A stretch of DNA of 64,000 nt from the human T2T-CHM13v2.0 reference genome, Homo sapiens: NCBI RefSeq assembly GCF_009914755.1, contig NC_060933.1; one strand, written 5' to 3'. This document shows positions 28,758 to 45,489 of the stretch, piece after piece. Below the pieces are notes generated by a model. That model was not told the DNA's origin. It did not search any database and was given only the letters and a program-made list of their open reading frames with translations. The position numbers were made by a program, and so were the translations under genes. Position 1 is the stretch's first letter; the number at the start of each line of letters is the position of its first letter.

Positions 28758-30750
28758 GGACATTCTATTAAGTGTAAGGAACATCAGCTCATGTACTCCT
28801 CATAATAACTATTGGTTACATTATCTCCATTTTACAAACGAATAAACCGAAGGTTTTAGAGATTAAGTAATTTGCTTGTGTTTATTCAGTAGCATATTGT
28901 GAGAGTCAAATCAGGTCTGGCAATTTGCAAATTCACGTTGTTTCTATTATGCTACAAAACATAATACATTTTTAAAGGAACTGAAAATATATGCTTAGGT
29001 TTTTTTTTTGTTGTTGTTGTTGTTTAAAATTTCTGGCCCTAACTCCTTGCTCTCTACTGGGTTGGTTAGGTAGGAGAAGATTCTGTACACATCCCAGAGA
29101 TGTGTACATGTGCTGAGCTTCGGCTCTGTTCCCAGATAGAATCCTGTTTCTATCCCCTCTCATCTGGGGCATGAGAGTGTGGAAGGCCAGGCTGGGGAGG
29201 GCTGGTGTTTCATGCAAATGTCTCTGCTGTTGATGAGCCCAGCTTGGCTGCATGTTTCAGCTCCCTGAAACCTCCTTCACAGTCAGGCAGGCTTCCGTCT
29301 CCAGTCTTTTAAAACTATTTTTTTTTCTTTCCTTCACACAGCTTTCTGTCTCCTTCTCTTAGCTTGACGTTGTGTCTGGCCACACAGGCCATGTGGGCTA
29401 TTTTTACTGACAGCAGTCACCAGCCCATATGGTTCCCATTACCACAAAATGTTACCTTCATTGACACCAGTTTGCAAGTGAGTGGACGGCGGACAAGGAG
29501 GATGTCGAGTCCACATGGCCAGTCACAGGGCTCACAGGGTTTGCCTTGGCAGGTATGTTGATCTTGATGAATGCCCTTTAAAACAAAATGGGGTTGGACA
29601 AAATGCCGATTAATTACTTAGGTATTTTGTTCTTCCTTTTCCCTTCCATGTTCATTTTAGTACGTTTTCAAGAGGGTCAAGTTTCAAAGGTAGGTTGCTT
29701 TTTATAGAGAGGCAGATTTGAGTTTTGTTTATTTCCATTTTTGGAGCTTGCTGCATGGTGGTACCTCCATGGGCGATGATGCTTATTAGCCCCTCGGGGA
29801 GTGACAGACAATAGCACACAGCCTTCAGTGCAGAGTCTATGAGTTTATGATGAGATGAAGTGAATCCTGAGAATTCCCTTTCTCTGGAAAGAGGATTAGA
29901 GACCCTCAGGGTGTCAATACTGTTGGTAACATCTCTCTTTCTGCATAGAAAACACTTTATAATTCGCACAACATTTTCAAATGCACCGTCTTATTTGAGT
30001 CTCACACCCTTGCTATGAGATTGACTTTTTTTCCATCTTCATTTTATAAGTGAGAAAACAGAAGCTGTGAGAGGCTGACTTTCCCAAGTCTGCGTGACTA
30101 GTAAGAATCCAAGATGGGATTCAACCTCAGCTTCCTGGACTTCAGGCCAGAGCTCAAGCCTCAACATTACGGCTGCCTCAGTGACTTGAAAGAAAACCGG
30201 GCAGGGCTTCTTCAAGGACATAAGCTAGCAGCTCACAATGGGGCCTGATGGGACATGTTGCATCGAAACTAGAAGTTGGCATTGAGATCCAGCCTCACTG
30301 TGGCACTACAAAGCTGCCGCCACGTCAGCTGGATGACACTGAAATGGACGAGAACAAAAGGCTTTTTCCTGCAGTGTGTAATGTCCCCTTACCAAGGCCC
30401 AGGAGCTATTGTGATGCACTGAGCGTAAAGCTTCCAGAGCAGTGAGTAGGTGAAAAGGAGAACTCTGGGCTGAGAATGAGATTTCAGGCAAAGGTGAGTC
30501 ACTCTGAGGCCCTACTAGCCCAGCTGGGCCATCTGTGATCAGAACCTTCCCACCAGGCCTACCAAGGTCTTCTCTTCCCCTCCACTTTCTCCGGCTTCGC
30601 TGTGCCCTTTCAGTTCCTCAGCCACACAGAGCTCTTTCTTAAAGTCTTTGGCCACGTTGTTCTCTTTTCGTGGAACATTCCTCCCTGTTCTCTGCAAGGC
30701 AGACTCTTCCACATAAATGTTCCCATCTCAGAAAGTCTTTTTGTGGCCAC

Positions 30751-31198
30751 TGTAGTTGGTTAAATAAGTGACCTCTCCAACAAGACATGTCCAAATTCTA
30801 ACCCCTGGAACCTATAAAGGTGACTTTGTTTGGAAAAAGTGTCTCTGCAGGTGTAAATAAGTTCAGGGTCTCCAGGTGAGATCATTCTGGATTTAGTTGG
30901 GTCCTGAATTCTATGACAGGTGTCCTTAGAAGAAGAAGAGAGAACTCAGAGACATTTAGGGAGAAGAAGGTAATGTGGAAATGGTGGCAAAGATGGAGTG
31001 GGCAGCCCACGTCAAGGGATGCTGACAGCCAGCAGAGGCTGGAAGAGGCAAGGAGGATTCTCCCCTAGAGCTATCAGAGCAGCCCTGCTGATTTGATTTT
31101 GGACTTCTGACCTCTGGAGCTATAAGACTATATTTCTGTTATTTTTAAGCCACCAAGTTTGTGGTAATTTTTTGCAGTAGATCTAGAAAACTAATACA
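30751..31198 (+). mobile_element. Solo LTR, MLT1B/C-like (ERVL-MaLR), inside an L2 fragment
   Basis: TGTAGTTGGTTAAAT...GGAAGAGGCAAGGAGGATTCTCCCCTAGAG...TAAGCCACCAAGTTTGTGGTAA...AAACTAATACA. TSD GCCAC / GTCAC. Confidence 0.85.
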
Positions 31199-31369
31199 GT
31201 CACCTAATCCAAGTAACACCTTCACCCTCCCCACATACACACTGTTGGAATTCATCGCTAATTTCACGTTTGCCTCTTTCATGCCAATGATCGATTTCTA
31301 ACTCTACCACCATTTGGGATGTCTTATGTTTTGTCCGTATTCCCTCTTCATGTCTCTCTTTAGGCTATC

Positions 31370-31690
31370 GTTGGCTGAGATAGTTGGCTGACAGTTTTGC
31401 GGAATACTGGTCAGGTATTTTGTAGAATGTCCCTCCATTGGAATTCAATGTTTTCCTCATGATTAGACAGGGATTATGTTTTTTTTTAAAGGAAGATCTC
31501 ACAGATGTAAAGTGCCATTCTCATCACATCATATCCAGGGTACTCACCATCAATAATATTTATCGCTGTTGATAGTAACGTTGGTCATTTGGCCAAGGCA
31601 GTGCTTGTCAGGTTTCTCCACTGTATAGTTACTCTTTTTTTTTTTTTTTTCCGTTCTATACTGTACTCTGGAAGAGAGTCTCTATGAGAA
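31370..31690 (-). mobile_element. L1MC/MD 3'UTR fragment
   Basis: GGTCAGGTATTTTGTAGAATGTCCCTC...GTCAGGTTTCTCCACTGTA. Confidence 0.65.
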
Positions 31691-33303
31691 GCTATAATTC
31701 ATTTTTAAGCTACAGTTATGCTTTGATTTAATAAGCAATGCTTTAAATAACATCCACATTGATTGTCACAACTCTCTCAATGGAAAATTAAGAGTCAGAG
31801 AGGTTAAGCTATCTTCCCAAGGTCACACAGCCAATAAGTAGAGAATGGAGACAAATTGTTAGATCTGACTCCACACTCTGACCTTCTCACCATGCTCTTT
31901 TTATACTGCTTCCTTAGAATACTAATCAACTAAATTCTTAACATAAATTTTCAAATGTCCTGGGTCTTGCTCTGCTGAGAGTGAAATAGAAAAGCGGGTT
32001 GGGAGGGGTAATAATTTACCATCTGCACTGTCTTTGGAAAACTTTAATATACAGATCTATTCTGTATACCAACGTAAATAGTAAACTAAAGTCCATATGT
32101 ATTCAAACTTCCTTAGTTTATCTTTGTGCCCCTAACACTATGAATAAGAGCCACACATCATGTCAGCTCTGCCTGGCACACCTGGGGACCTCATACTCTA
32201 GCTTTGACAATCTAACCCATTCATAGCAGAGAGCTGTGGAGGGGCACAAAGTGCTTTAGGACCATTATCAAGGGCTATAGGAAAAAGTTAATGTAACATC
32301 CTACAATACCACAGTTTAAAGGACTTGAAGGCTCAGAGTGGTAGTAACTTACTGAAGGTTACCCAGGGAGATATTGGTAGAGCAGGAACTAGAAACCAGG
32401 TCTTTGATTTAGCTCAAGGCTCCTTCTATTTAAGACAAGTGGCTTCCAAGAAGAAGCATCCCATGGCTGATCATTGTTCACACTTGGCAGGCTCCATTGT
32501 TAAAAGCTTAGTCTGAAAAATGGGCTTCCTATTACTGGTGAGTCATTGTCTTCATATCATCTTGACTCCAGCTGACCAGCCAAGTGGGGACATGTAGCTA
32601 ATTCCTTATGAGCTTCATCTGTCCCTCATGAGTAAATCTTTAACCTCTAGGCTAACAAGGGCTGATGATGAAGGCACCCAAACATAGTAAGTACATAAAT
32701 AGACTGAAACCAAAGAAAAAGGGAGAGAGTCAAGGATCTCATGTCTGCTATCTTCCTGTCCTACAGGGAAGACATCCTGCTTCCATTGAGGTCATATCAA
32801 GAGCTTGGGTGAGGACCACATAAGAAGAGACCACAATCCCACTGGTCTGCATAACCAAGGACAGAAGTCAGGTGACATGGGCTGGACATATTTTCTTTTA
32901 TGGGATTCAATGAGATCACAACACCAAGGACTACTGCAGTAAGTTAGTGGCATCTAAAAACGCTCAGAGTAGATTCCTTTTAGGTATTTGTGTAACAACT
33001 TCAGTGGTGGCAAACATTTGTGTAGAAATTTCTCTTCTGTGCTATCTCCAGCAAGTTTAATGACATGATTGTTAACATTTTACAAAGGAATAAATTAAAG
33101 CTCAGAGAAGTTAAATCTCCTGCCCAAGACTATGGAATTGTAGGTGAATTTAAGATTTCAGCTGTGATCTTTTGACTTCCCACTTTGATGGTGACCATCC
33201 CTGTCTCCTATTTCTGCTTAAAACACAAACCTATTGATCCTACATATTCCATGCTCCATTCTAAGTTCAGATATGCTAATTCTAATTCTAATGCTAATTT
33301 TAA

Positions 33304-33709
33304 TGTGTTAGTCCATTTGCATTGCTATAAAGGAATACCTGAGGTTGGGTAATTTATAAGGAAAAGAAGCTTATTTAGCTCACAGTTCTGCAGGCTGTAC
33401 AAGAAGCATGGAGCCAGCATCTGCTTCTGGTGGGGCCCTCTGGAAGCTTGTAATCATGGTATAAAGCAAAGAGGGAGGCCGTATATCACATGGTAAAAGA
33501 GGAGCAAGAGAGATGGGGAACTGCCACACTCTTTTAAACAACTGGATCTCATGCAAATTTATTATGACTCTTTTGAGCAAAGAGGGCACCCAGCCATTCA
33601 TGAGAGATTCACCCCCATAATCCAACATCCTCAAACAGGCCCCACCCCCAACATTGGGGATCACATTTCAACATGAGATTTGGAGGGGACACACATACAA
33701 ACCACATCA
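33304..33709 (-). mobile_element. Solo LTR, MSTB-like (ERVL-MaLR)
   Basis: TGTGTTAGTCCATTTGCATTGCTATAAAGGAATACCTGAG...TTTCAACATGAGATTTGGAGGGGAC...ACATCA. TSD TTTAA / GTTAA. Confidence 0.88.
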
Positions 33710-34569
33710 GTTAACAACCAAAAAAGAAGTAGCAAGAGATGTACAAGATATTTTAATTCTATAAACTAAAAAATAAAAAGGGATCAATGGGGAACTTTGG
33801 GGTGGATTTTTAAGGGAGAGTCTTTTGTTGCTTCAGAGATGATGAAAGACACCAGATACACTGGGGAAGTGGCAGAGGAAGAGAAGACTAACATATAAAT
33901 AGGGTTAGCTAAAGGGATGGGTGCACTTTAAAATGAGGAGTGGAATGGTGGAGGGTCTGAACTTTGTATCTCTTTGAAGCTTTCCCTTCAGGCACATTCT
34001 TTTCCTTTGTGCTCACCCACTTCTGTATGTTTCTTACCATGTGTAGCTTTCCCTGCATAGCTGTTCTCACAGGGGTCATCTGTTTCCTTATTCTGTGAGC
34101 GCCCCAAGGCCAGGAGCTGTTCTGATTCATTTCCATTAATCCAGCAGTGCCCTGCAGGGAGCTATACATAGTGCAGACCTTAGACTATTGCTGATTGATT
34201 AAATGAATAAATGAATGAATGAATAACAATTGAAGAAAGAGGGTGAAGCTATCACAGGTCTACCTTTTGGAGACTTTCCATTCTGGGACATCACAACAGG
34301 TTTCAAGCACATTTCCTTTCAAGTGTAAATGTAAATACCAGTTAAGCAGAAGGAATCTCTGGAAATAATGGTGGTGGAAGACAAATGGTAACTAACTCTA
34401 TCATGAGACCAGAGATCAGAAACTTCTTTTGATAATAGATCTTCCTACAGTGGGGAGACAATGAAACTGTGATAATGTTTTGAGGGACTTGATGGAAAGA
34501 GTCATGTCTTGGAGACAAAGATTATAAGACCATAGACATAGATAGAGAAAACACAAGAAATGCTAATCA

Positions 34570-35062
34570 TTTTCTTATTGAGATGAAATTAATGTAACAT
34601 AAAAGTAACTATTTTAAAGTGAACAATTTGGTGGTATTTAGTACTTTTATAATGTGCAACCACTACTTCTATCTATGCAAAATATTTTCATCCGCCAGAA
34701 ATGAAATCCCATACCCACTAAGAAGTGGTTCCTCAATCCTCTTGTACCTGGTACCTGTCAATCTGTGTTCTGTCTCTGTTGATTTACTCAGTCTGGATAT
34801 TTTATTAATATTTAAGTGGGGCTATACAATACAATCCAACCTCTTGTGTCTGGCTTCATTCACTTATTTTCACTTAACATTTATTGTGTCATAGCATTTA
34901 TTGGCACTTATTTCCTTTTCATGGCTGACTAATAATCCATTGTAGACTTATTTACCACATTTGGTTTGTCCATTCATCAGTTAATGGATGTTTGGGTTGT
35001 TTTCAGCTTTGGGCTGTTATGAATCATGCTGCTATGCATGTCCATGTACTTGTTTGAGTAGC
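34570..35062 (-). mobile_element. L1MB 3' fragment
   Basis: TTGAGATGAAATT...TTTTAAAGTGAACAATTTGGTGGTATTTAGTAC...CATTCATCAGTTAATGGATGTTTGGGTTG. Confidence 0.78.
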
Positions 35063-35574
35063 AAAAAAAAACTGTTTTAAAGTCTAAATTCTAAGCAAGC
35101 ATCTGACTTCAAAGTGAGAAGCCAAAGGAAAGGGAGAATTCAGCAAAGGGGTCTGAGGGAAGAGGCATTTTACTTGCCCTCCAGGGAGTATATAGTGAGG
35201 CATTGAGCCAAGGAGGGCTATATTTGAAAAGTGCTCTATGCTCACTAAAGGGAACATTCTGAATATGAGGAAAATGAAGGTGGTTTCCAGATGACAAACT
35301 AATTCCATCAGTCAGAGAATGAAGGCCATTCATGATCCCTTTTCCAAGACTCCCTTTTGTCTATAAACAAACTACAGAGCCTCTCCTAATACATTGTTTC
35401 TGGTTGCAGACACGACAACAGACTCAGTTCGCTTTCCCTACGTCAGTCTTTCCTCCAGAGCCCAGGAGTTCGGGATGAGGGTAGTGGAAGGAAGAGGGAG
35501 GAGGGAAAGGAATAAGTGTCTTGTAGAACACCACTGGACAGGAAAAACACTGGCAAAGAAAGCTAACTTACCAT

Positions 35575-35780
35575 GTCCTGGGTACTGCATGACATGTTTT
35601 CACACAGATCATTTCATTCATCCTGACAACAGCCCTGTGACATGGGCATGCATAATATTTTCATTTTATGATAGAAGAAACTGAGGTTCAGAGAGGTTAA
35701 GCAATTTATCCAAGATCATGCCACTCGTTAGTGATGGAGGAAGCCTTCAACTCCAGGTCCTATATTCTTAATTACTGCAG
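35575..35780 (-). mobile_element. MIR SINE
   Basis: CATTTTATGATAGAAGAAACTGAGGTTCAGAGAGGTTAAGCAATTTATCCAAG. Confidence 0.75.
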
Positions 35781-35923
35781 TGACTGCAACCCTCTAGTCT
35801 TCCCTAAGCAGGAGCAAAATATTGATTGATTTCCTCTTTTTACCAAGCCCTGGGGTTGGATTATCACTCAGGACCTTTTAAGGATAACAACAAACATTCC
35901 TTGAAAATAATTAAACCCACTTT

Positions 35924-36276
<353 letters not shown>

Positions 36277-38003
36277 TTATATAACTGACTAAGTAGAATG
36301 TCTTAAGCAGTACCTTCAGCCAAACGAATGATGAAGTCAGAATGCCCACTACAGTGAACTGAATGGAAACTCTGCTAACAGATGATGTTTACTGGGCTCT
36401 ACCCCAAGTATGTTACATGGAACCTCATTTAGTCCCAGGAAACCTATGACCTATACCCTACTTGCAGTTTTACCTTACCATCTCCCCAACTGGATGCAGA
36501 GCTTCTCTCTTTGTCTTTGGGAGCAGGATAGGGCCTGGCAAGAAGCAGGTGCTCAGTAGTAAACAGATTCCAGTGTGGTGAGCCCAGGGGCATCTCTTCA
36601 CTCCCTCCTAGGGCAGAAGGTAATCTCGGGACAGGAGCTCCTTGACCATTCCCCAGGGCCTCACCTGGCTCTTTCCATCACTTTTGTACAATCAGGTTAT
36701 ACAGTCACCGGAAGTATGAATTAGACTGGTCATTTGTACCAGAGATGATACGTTTTGTGAAGAGAGGCCTTGGTTTCTCTGTCAGCAATAGTATAAATTT
36801 CAGTCTTTTTCACCAGGAGTCTTACTGCTCATTCCGAGCAGACTTTATCCAATGTGAACTGCTCAGTGTTCAGGCTTGGACTCTTGTAGAGGTGTGATCT
36901 TGGTAAGCTCAATGGAATTTTCTGCATCTTTACACATGTGTAATATTATCCAATAATACCCACCTCATAGAGTGATTGTAGAAATACGATGATAACAACA
37001 ATGACAAGCATAACAAAAGTGATAATAGCTAATGTGTATTGTGGGTTTGCTATCTGCCATGTTGCATTGGGCTTAGGTTTTTCTTGTATTTTTTTAATTC
37101 TCCCCAAACATGTGTTTGTGTACATATACATACATGCACATGTATATATATATTTACATTATGTGTGTGTGTGTGTGTCCCTATATGTTATCACACATGA
37201 AAGGATTTGGTGCTTTTACCAGATATGGTAGTTCCTTAGTAAATGTAACTGATGGTGATGATGTCTGTATATGTTCTGATATAGAGAAAAATGTAGACCA
37301 ATTCTACAGAAAAACAAGTGGCATTGATTCCTCAAGGAAGGGTGCAGCACATGGCAAGGAGAGAGTTATACATGGGAGAAGAAAAACACTGTTTTTTTTC
37401 TTTGCACATCTTTATATCATTTGATGTTTTATCTGAGCATATAGAACAATTTATTAAGTTCAACATTCTCTTAATCTCTTTTTAGTGAGAAAATTGGTGA
37501 AACACATTATCACTTTGGAATAAAAGTCATTAAAACAAGAGCCATTCAGGGGATCATTAAGAAGTCCTATGTAAAGGGACATTCATTGCAAACCTGTGAG
37601 GAACAGAGGAAAAGTCCCATGTTCACTCATCCTAGCTCCATACTGTGACCCTGCACCTTGCAGTATAAACTCCACAGACACATAGTTCACGAAGCCAGTA
37701 TGCTTCTGAAATGTATTAGATCACATTCTTCTTTCACAATTTCTTGCACAGAACCTTTTTTTCCCAGTTAGCCAAGGCCTCTATTTACCTGGGAAATAAC
37801 TTTTAAAATTTTGAGCAACAGTTCATAGGAGGAATAGCATCACTGTCCAGCTTTTAATATTTTCCCCTTGGGTATAGTGAGTCAAGAGTCTTAGAAGGTA
37901 GATGTTGCTGAGAAGAGATTCTGAAATCCCCCAAACCCCCTTACTTATCAGGAGATACTTCTAATGTGTTGCTCTGAGCAACTTGGAATATGAGTTTGGG
38001 GAG

Positions 38004-38384
38004 TGATCAAGTTTGTATGTTTATTTCTCCCAAATCTCATGTTGAAATGTAATCCCTAATGTTGGAGGTGGGGCCTGGTAGGAGGTGTTTGGGTTATGAA
38101 GGTGGATACCTTATGAATTGGTTGGTGCCCTCTCCATGGTAATAAGTGAGTTCTCCTTCTTTTAGTTCATGTGAGAGCTAATTGTTTAAAAGAGCTTGGC
38201 ATCTCTCTTGCTTCCGCTCTTGCCATGTGACATGCCTGCTCCGCTTACAACTTCTGCCATGAGTAAACACTGCTGCCATGCTTCTTGTACAGCCTGCAGA
38301 ATTACAAGTTATATAAACCTCTTTTCTTTATAAATTGCCCAGCCTCAGGTATTCCTTTATAGCAATGCAAAATGGACTAATACA
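38004..38384 (+). mobile_element. Solo LTR, MSTB-like (ERVL-MaLR)
   Basis: TGATCAAGTTTG...CAAATCTCATGTTGAAATGTAATCCC...CTCAGGTATTCCTTTATAGCAATGCAAAATGGACTAATACA. Perfect TSD GGGAG. Confidence 0.9.
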
Positions 38385-38454
38385 GGGAGCCTCCTAGAAG
38401 CATTCAGAGGAAGAGGAAATGCTTCCATTGGAAAGTTTATGGAGAAGAAATAGT

Positions 38455-38490
38455 TGGCAAAACCGCAATTAGTTTTGCACCAACCTAATA
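38455..38490. mobile_element. Half MADE1 (single Hsmar1 mariner TIR)
   Basis: TGGCAAAACCGCAATTAGTTTTGCACCAACCTAA followed by TA. Confidence 0.85.
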
Positions 38491-39360
38491 GAACCAAAAT
38501 CTCCACATCAGTGTCTGTACTACCCCAACTCTTTGAGGGAGGCAATATTTAGGGGGTGGGGTAGTGGACTTTTCCAGTAGGTATAAGGGAATCAGAACAT
38601 TGCCCTGCTTCCTTAAGTATAGTAACAATAGCAATGATAATAACAGCAACTACAAGAATTTACCATTATGGGCTCTTCATACATGCCAGGTGGTTTCCTA
38701 AGTCTATTATGTACATGATTTCATTGAACCCTCATAATAAGTTCATGAGGCAAGTACTATTACATAGGCAAGTTACCCCCATTTCAGAGATGAGGGAATG
38801 GAGGCACAGTGAAATTGAAATAAATTTGTCAAGGCCACTAGCTAAGAAGTGACTGAAGTGAGTTTTAAGTTGAAGAATGATGCAGAATCTATGTTCTAAA
38901 CCCAAGACAGTGCTGCTGCTTGGTCATGACACAAGCTTTTACTTACTGAGGCTTATGATGTGCTAGGTCCTGTTTTAAGGGCATTAAAAATGTTATCACA
39001 TTTGACTCTTAGTAACCACAAAATATAGTGCTATTATTGGCCCGATGTTACACATGAAGATACACAAGAATAGAAAAGATTTAAACTTTCATAAATGTAT
39101 CCATTTAGCAAGTACTACCATGGGATTTATTTTATTTTATTTTTTTTTTATTATTATTATACTTTAAGTTTTAGGGTACATGTGCACAATGTGCAGGTTT
39201 GTTACATATGTATACATGTGCCATGTTGCTGTGCTGCACCCATTAACTCGTCATTTAGCATTAGGTATATCTCCTAATGCTATCCCTCCCCACTCCCCCA
39301 ACCCCACAATAGTCCCCGGTGTGTGATGTTCCCCTTCCTGTGTCCATGTGTTCTCATTGT

Positions 39361-43179
<3,819 letters not shown>

Positions 43180-43242
43180 TATGATGTTAGCTGGTTATTT
43201 TGCTCATTAGTTGATGCAGTTTCTTCCTAGCCTTGATGGTCT

Positions 43243-44261
43243 TTACAATTTGGCATGTTTTTGCAGTGGGTGGTACTGGTTTTTCCTTTCCATGTTTAGT
43301 GCTTCCTTCAGAGCTCTTTTAGGGCAGGCCTGGTGGTGACAAAATCTCTCAGCATTTGCTTGTCTATGAAGTATTTTATTTCTCCTTCACTTACGAAGCT
43401 TAGTTTGGCTGGATATGAAATTCTGGGTTGAAAATTCTTTTCTTTAAGAATGTTGAATATTGGCCACCACTCTCTTCTGGCTTGTAGGGTTTCTGCCAAG
43501 AGATCCGCTGTTAGTCTGATGGGCTTCCCTTTGAGGGTAACCCGACCTTTCTCTCTGGCTGCCCTTAACATTTTTCCTTCATTTTAACTTTGGTGAATCT
43601 TACGGTTATGTGTCTTGGAGTTGCTCTTCTCGAGGAGTATCTTTGTGGTGTTCTCTGTATTTCCTGAATCTGAACGTTGGCCTACCTTGCTAGATTGGGG
43701 AATTTCTCCTGGATAATATTCTGCAGAGTGTTTTCCAACTTGGTTCCATTCTCCCCATCACTTTCAGGTACACCAATTAGACGTAGATTAGGTCTTTTCA
43801 CATAGTCCCATATTTCTTGGAGGCTTTGTTCATTTCTTTTTATTCTTTTTTCTCTAAACTTCTCTTCACGCTTCATTTCATTCATTTCATCTTCCATCGC
43901 TGATACCCTTTCTTCCAGTTGATTGCATCGGTTACTGAGGCATGTGCATTCGTCACATAGTTCTCATACCATGGTTGTCAGCTCCATCAGGTCCTTTAAG
44001 GACTTCTCTGCATTGGTTATTCTAGTTATCCATTCATCTAATTTTTTTTTCGAAGTTTTAAACTTCTTTGCCATTGGTTCGAACTTCCTCCTTTAGCTCG
44101 GAGTACTTTGATCTTCTGAAGCCTTCCTCCTCTCTCAACTCGTCAAAGTCATTCTCCGTCCAGCTTTGTTCCGTTGCTGGCGAGGAGTTGCGTTCCTTTG
44201 GAGGAGGAGAGGTGCTCTGATTTTTAGAGTTTCCAGTTTTTCTGCTCTGTTTTTTCCCCAT
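43243..44261 (-). pseudogene. L1 ORF1p (RNA-binding chaperone), disrupted
   Basis: Fragments MGKKQSRKTGNSK..., MEDEMNEMKREEKFREKR..., MLRAAREKGRVTLKGKPIRLTADL. Frameshift near 44060, nonsense codon at 43682-43684 (NLAR*), 1-nt loss near 43310. Confidence 0.95.
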
Positions 44262-45288
44262 CTTTGTGGTTTTATCTACCTTTGGTGTTCGATGATGGTG
44301 ACGTACAGATGGGTTTTTGGTGTGGATGTCCTTTCTGTTTGTTAGTTTTCCTTCTAACAGTCAGGACCCTCAGCTGCAGGTCTGTTGGAGCGGTCTGGAG
44401 GTCCACTCCAGACCCTGTTTGCCTGGGTATCAGCAGCGGTGGCTGCAGAACAGCAGATATTGGTGAACCGCAAATGCTGCTGCCTGGTCGTTCCTCTGGA
44501 AGTTTTGTCTCAGAGGAGTACCTGGCCGTGTGAGGTGTCAGTCCGCCCCTACTGGGGGGTGCCTCCCAGTTAGGCTACTCGGGGGTCAGGGACCCATTTG
44601 AGGAGGCAGTCTGCCTGTTGTCAGATCTCAAGCTGCGTGCTGGGAGAACCACTACTCTCTTCAAAGCTGTCAGACAGGGACATTTAAGTCTGCAGAGGTT
44701 ATTGCTGTCTTTTGTTTGTCTGTGCCCTGCCCCCAGAGGTGGAGCCTACAGAAGCAGGCCGGCTTCCTTGAGCTGTGGTGGGCTCCACCCAGTTCGAGCT
44801 TCCTGGCCACTTTGTTTACCTACTCAAGCCTGAGCAATGGCAGGCGCCCCTCCCCCAGCCTCGCTGCCGCCTTGCAGTTTGATCTCAGACTGCTGTGCTA
44901 GCAATGAGTGAGGCTCCATGGGTGTAGAACCCTCCGAGCCATGTGTGGCCTATAATCTCCTGGTGTGCCGTTTGATAAGCCCGTTGGAAAAGTGCAGTAT
45001 TAGGGTGGGAGTGACCCAATTTTCCAGGTGCCCTCTGTCACCCCTTTCTTTGACTAGGAAAGGGAATTCCCTGACCCCTTGCACTTCCCGGGTGAGGCGA
45101 TGCCTTGCCCTTCTTCAGCTCACGCACGGTTCACTGCACCCACTGTCCTGCACCCACTGTCCGGCACTCCCCAGTGAGATGAACCCAGTACCTCAGTTGG
45201 AAATGCAGAAATCACCCGTCTTCTGCATTGCTCACGCTGGGAGCTGTAGACTGGAGCTGTTCCTATTCGGCCATCTTGGCTCCACCCT
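44262..45288 (-). promoter_or_regulatory. L1 5'UTR internal sense promoter plus antisense promoter (fires on the + strand)
   Basis: Intact YY1 motif CAAGATGGCC (+ strand GGCCATCTTG, 45269-45278), residual CpG enrichment, ORF0 start ATGGCAGGCGCCCCT at 44837. Confidence 0.8.
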
Positions 45289-45489
45289 CTACCATGGGAT
45301 TTAAACCCAGGCAGATTGGGCCCAAGTCCCTTCTGACCTGAGTGGGGCTCGGGATTCCGAGTAGACAAGCGGAAAACACTGGGCCCTAAGAACTGCAGGA
45401 GAAGCACTCAAGCCCATCAGCTACAGAGGGCAACAGCCCTGGAGAAAACTTGGCCCTGGGTGTGAAAAAGTAACTTATCCACAACTCCT

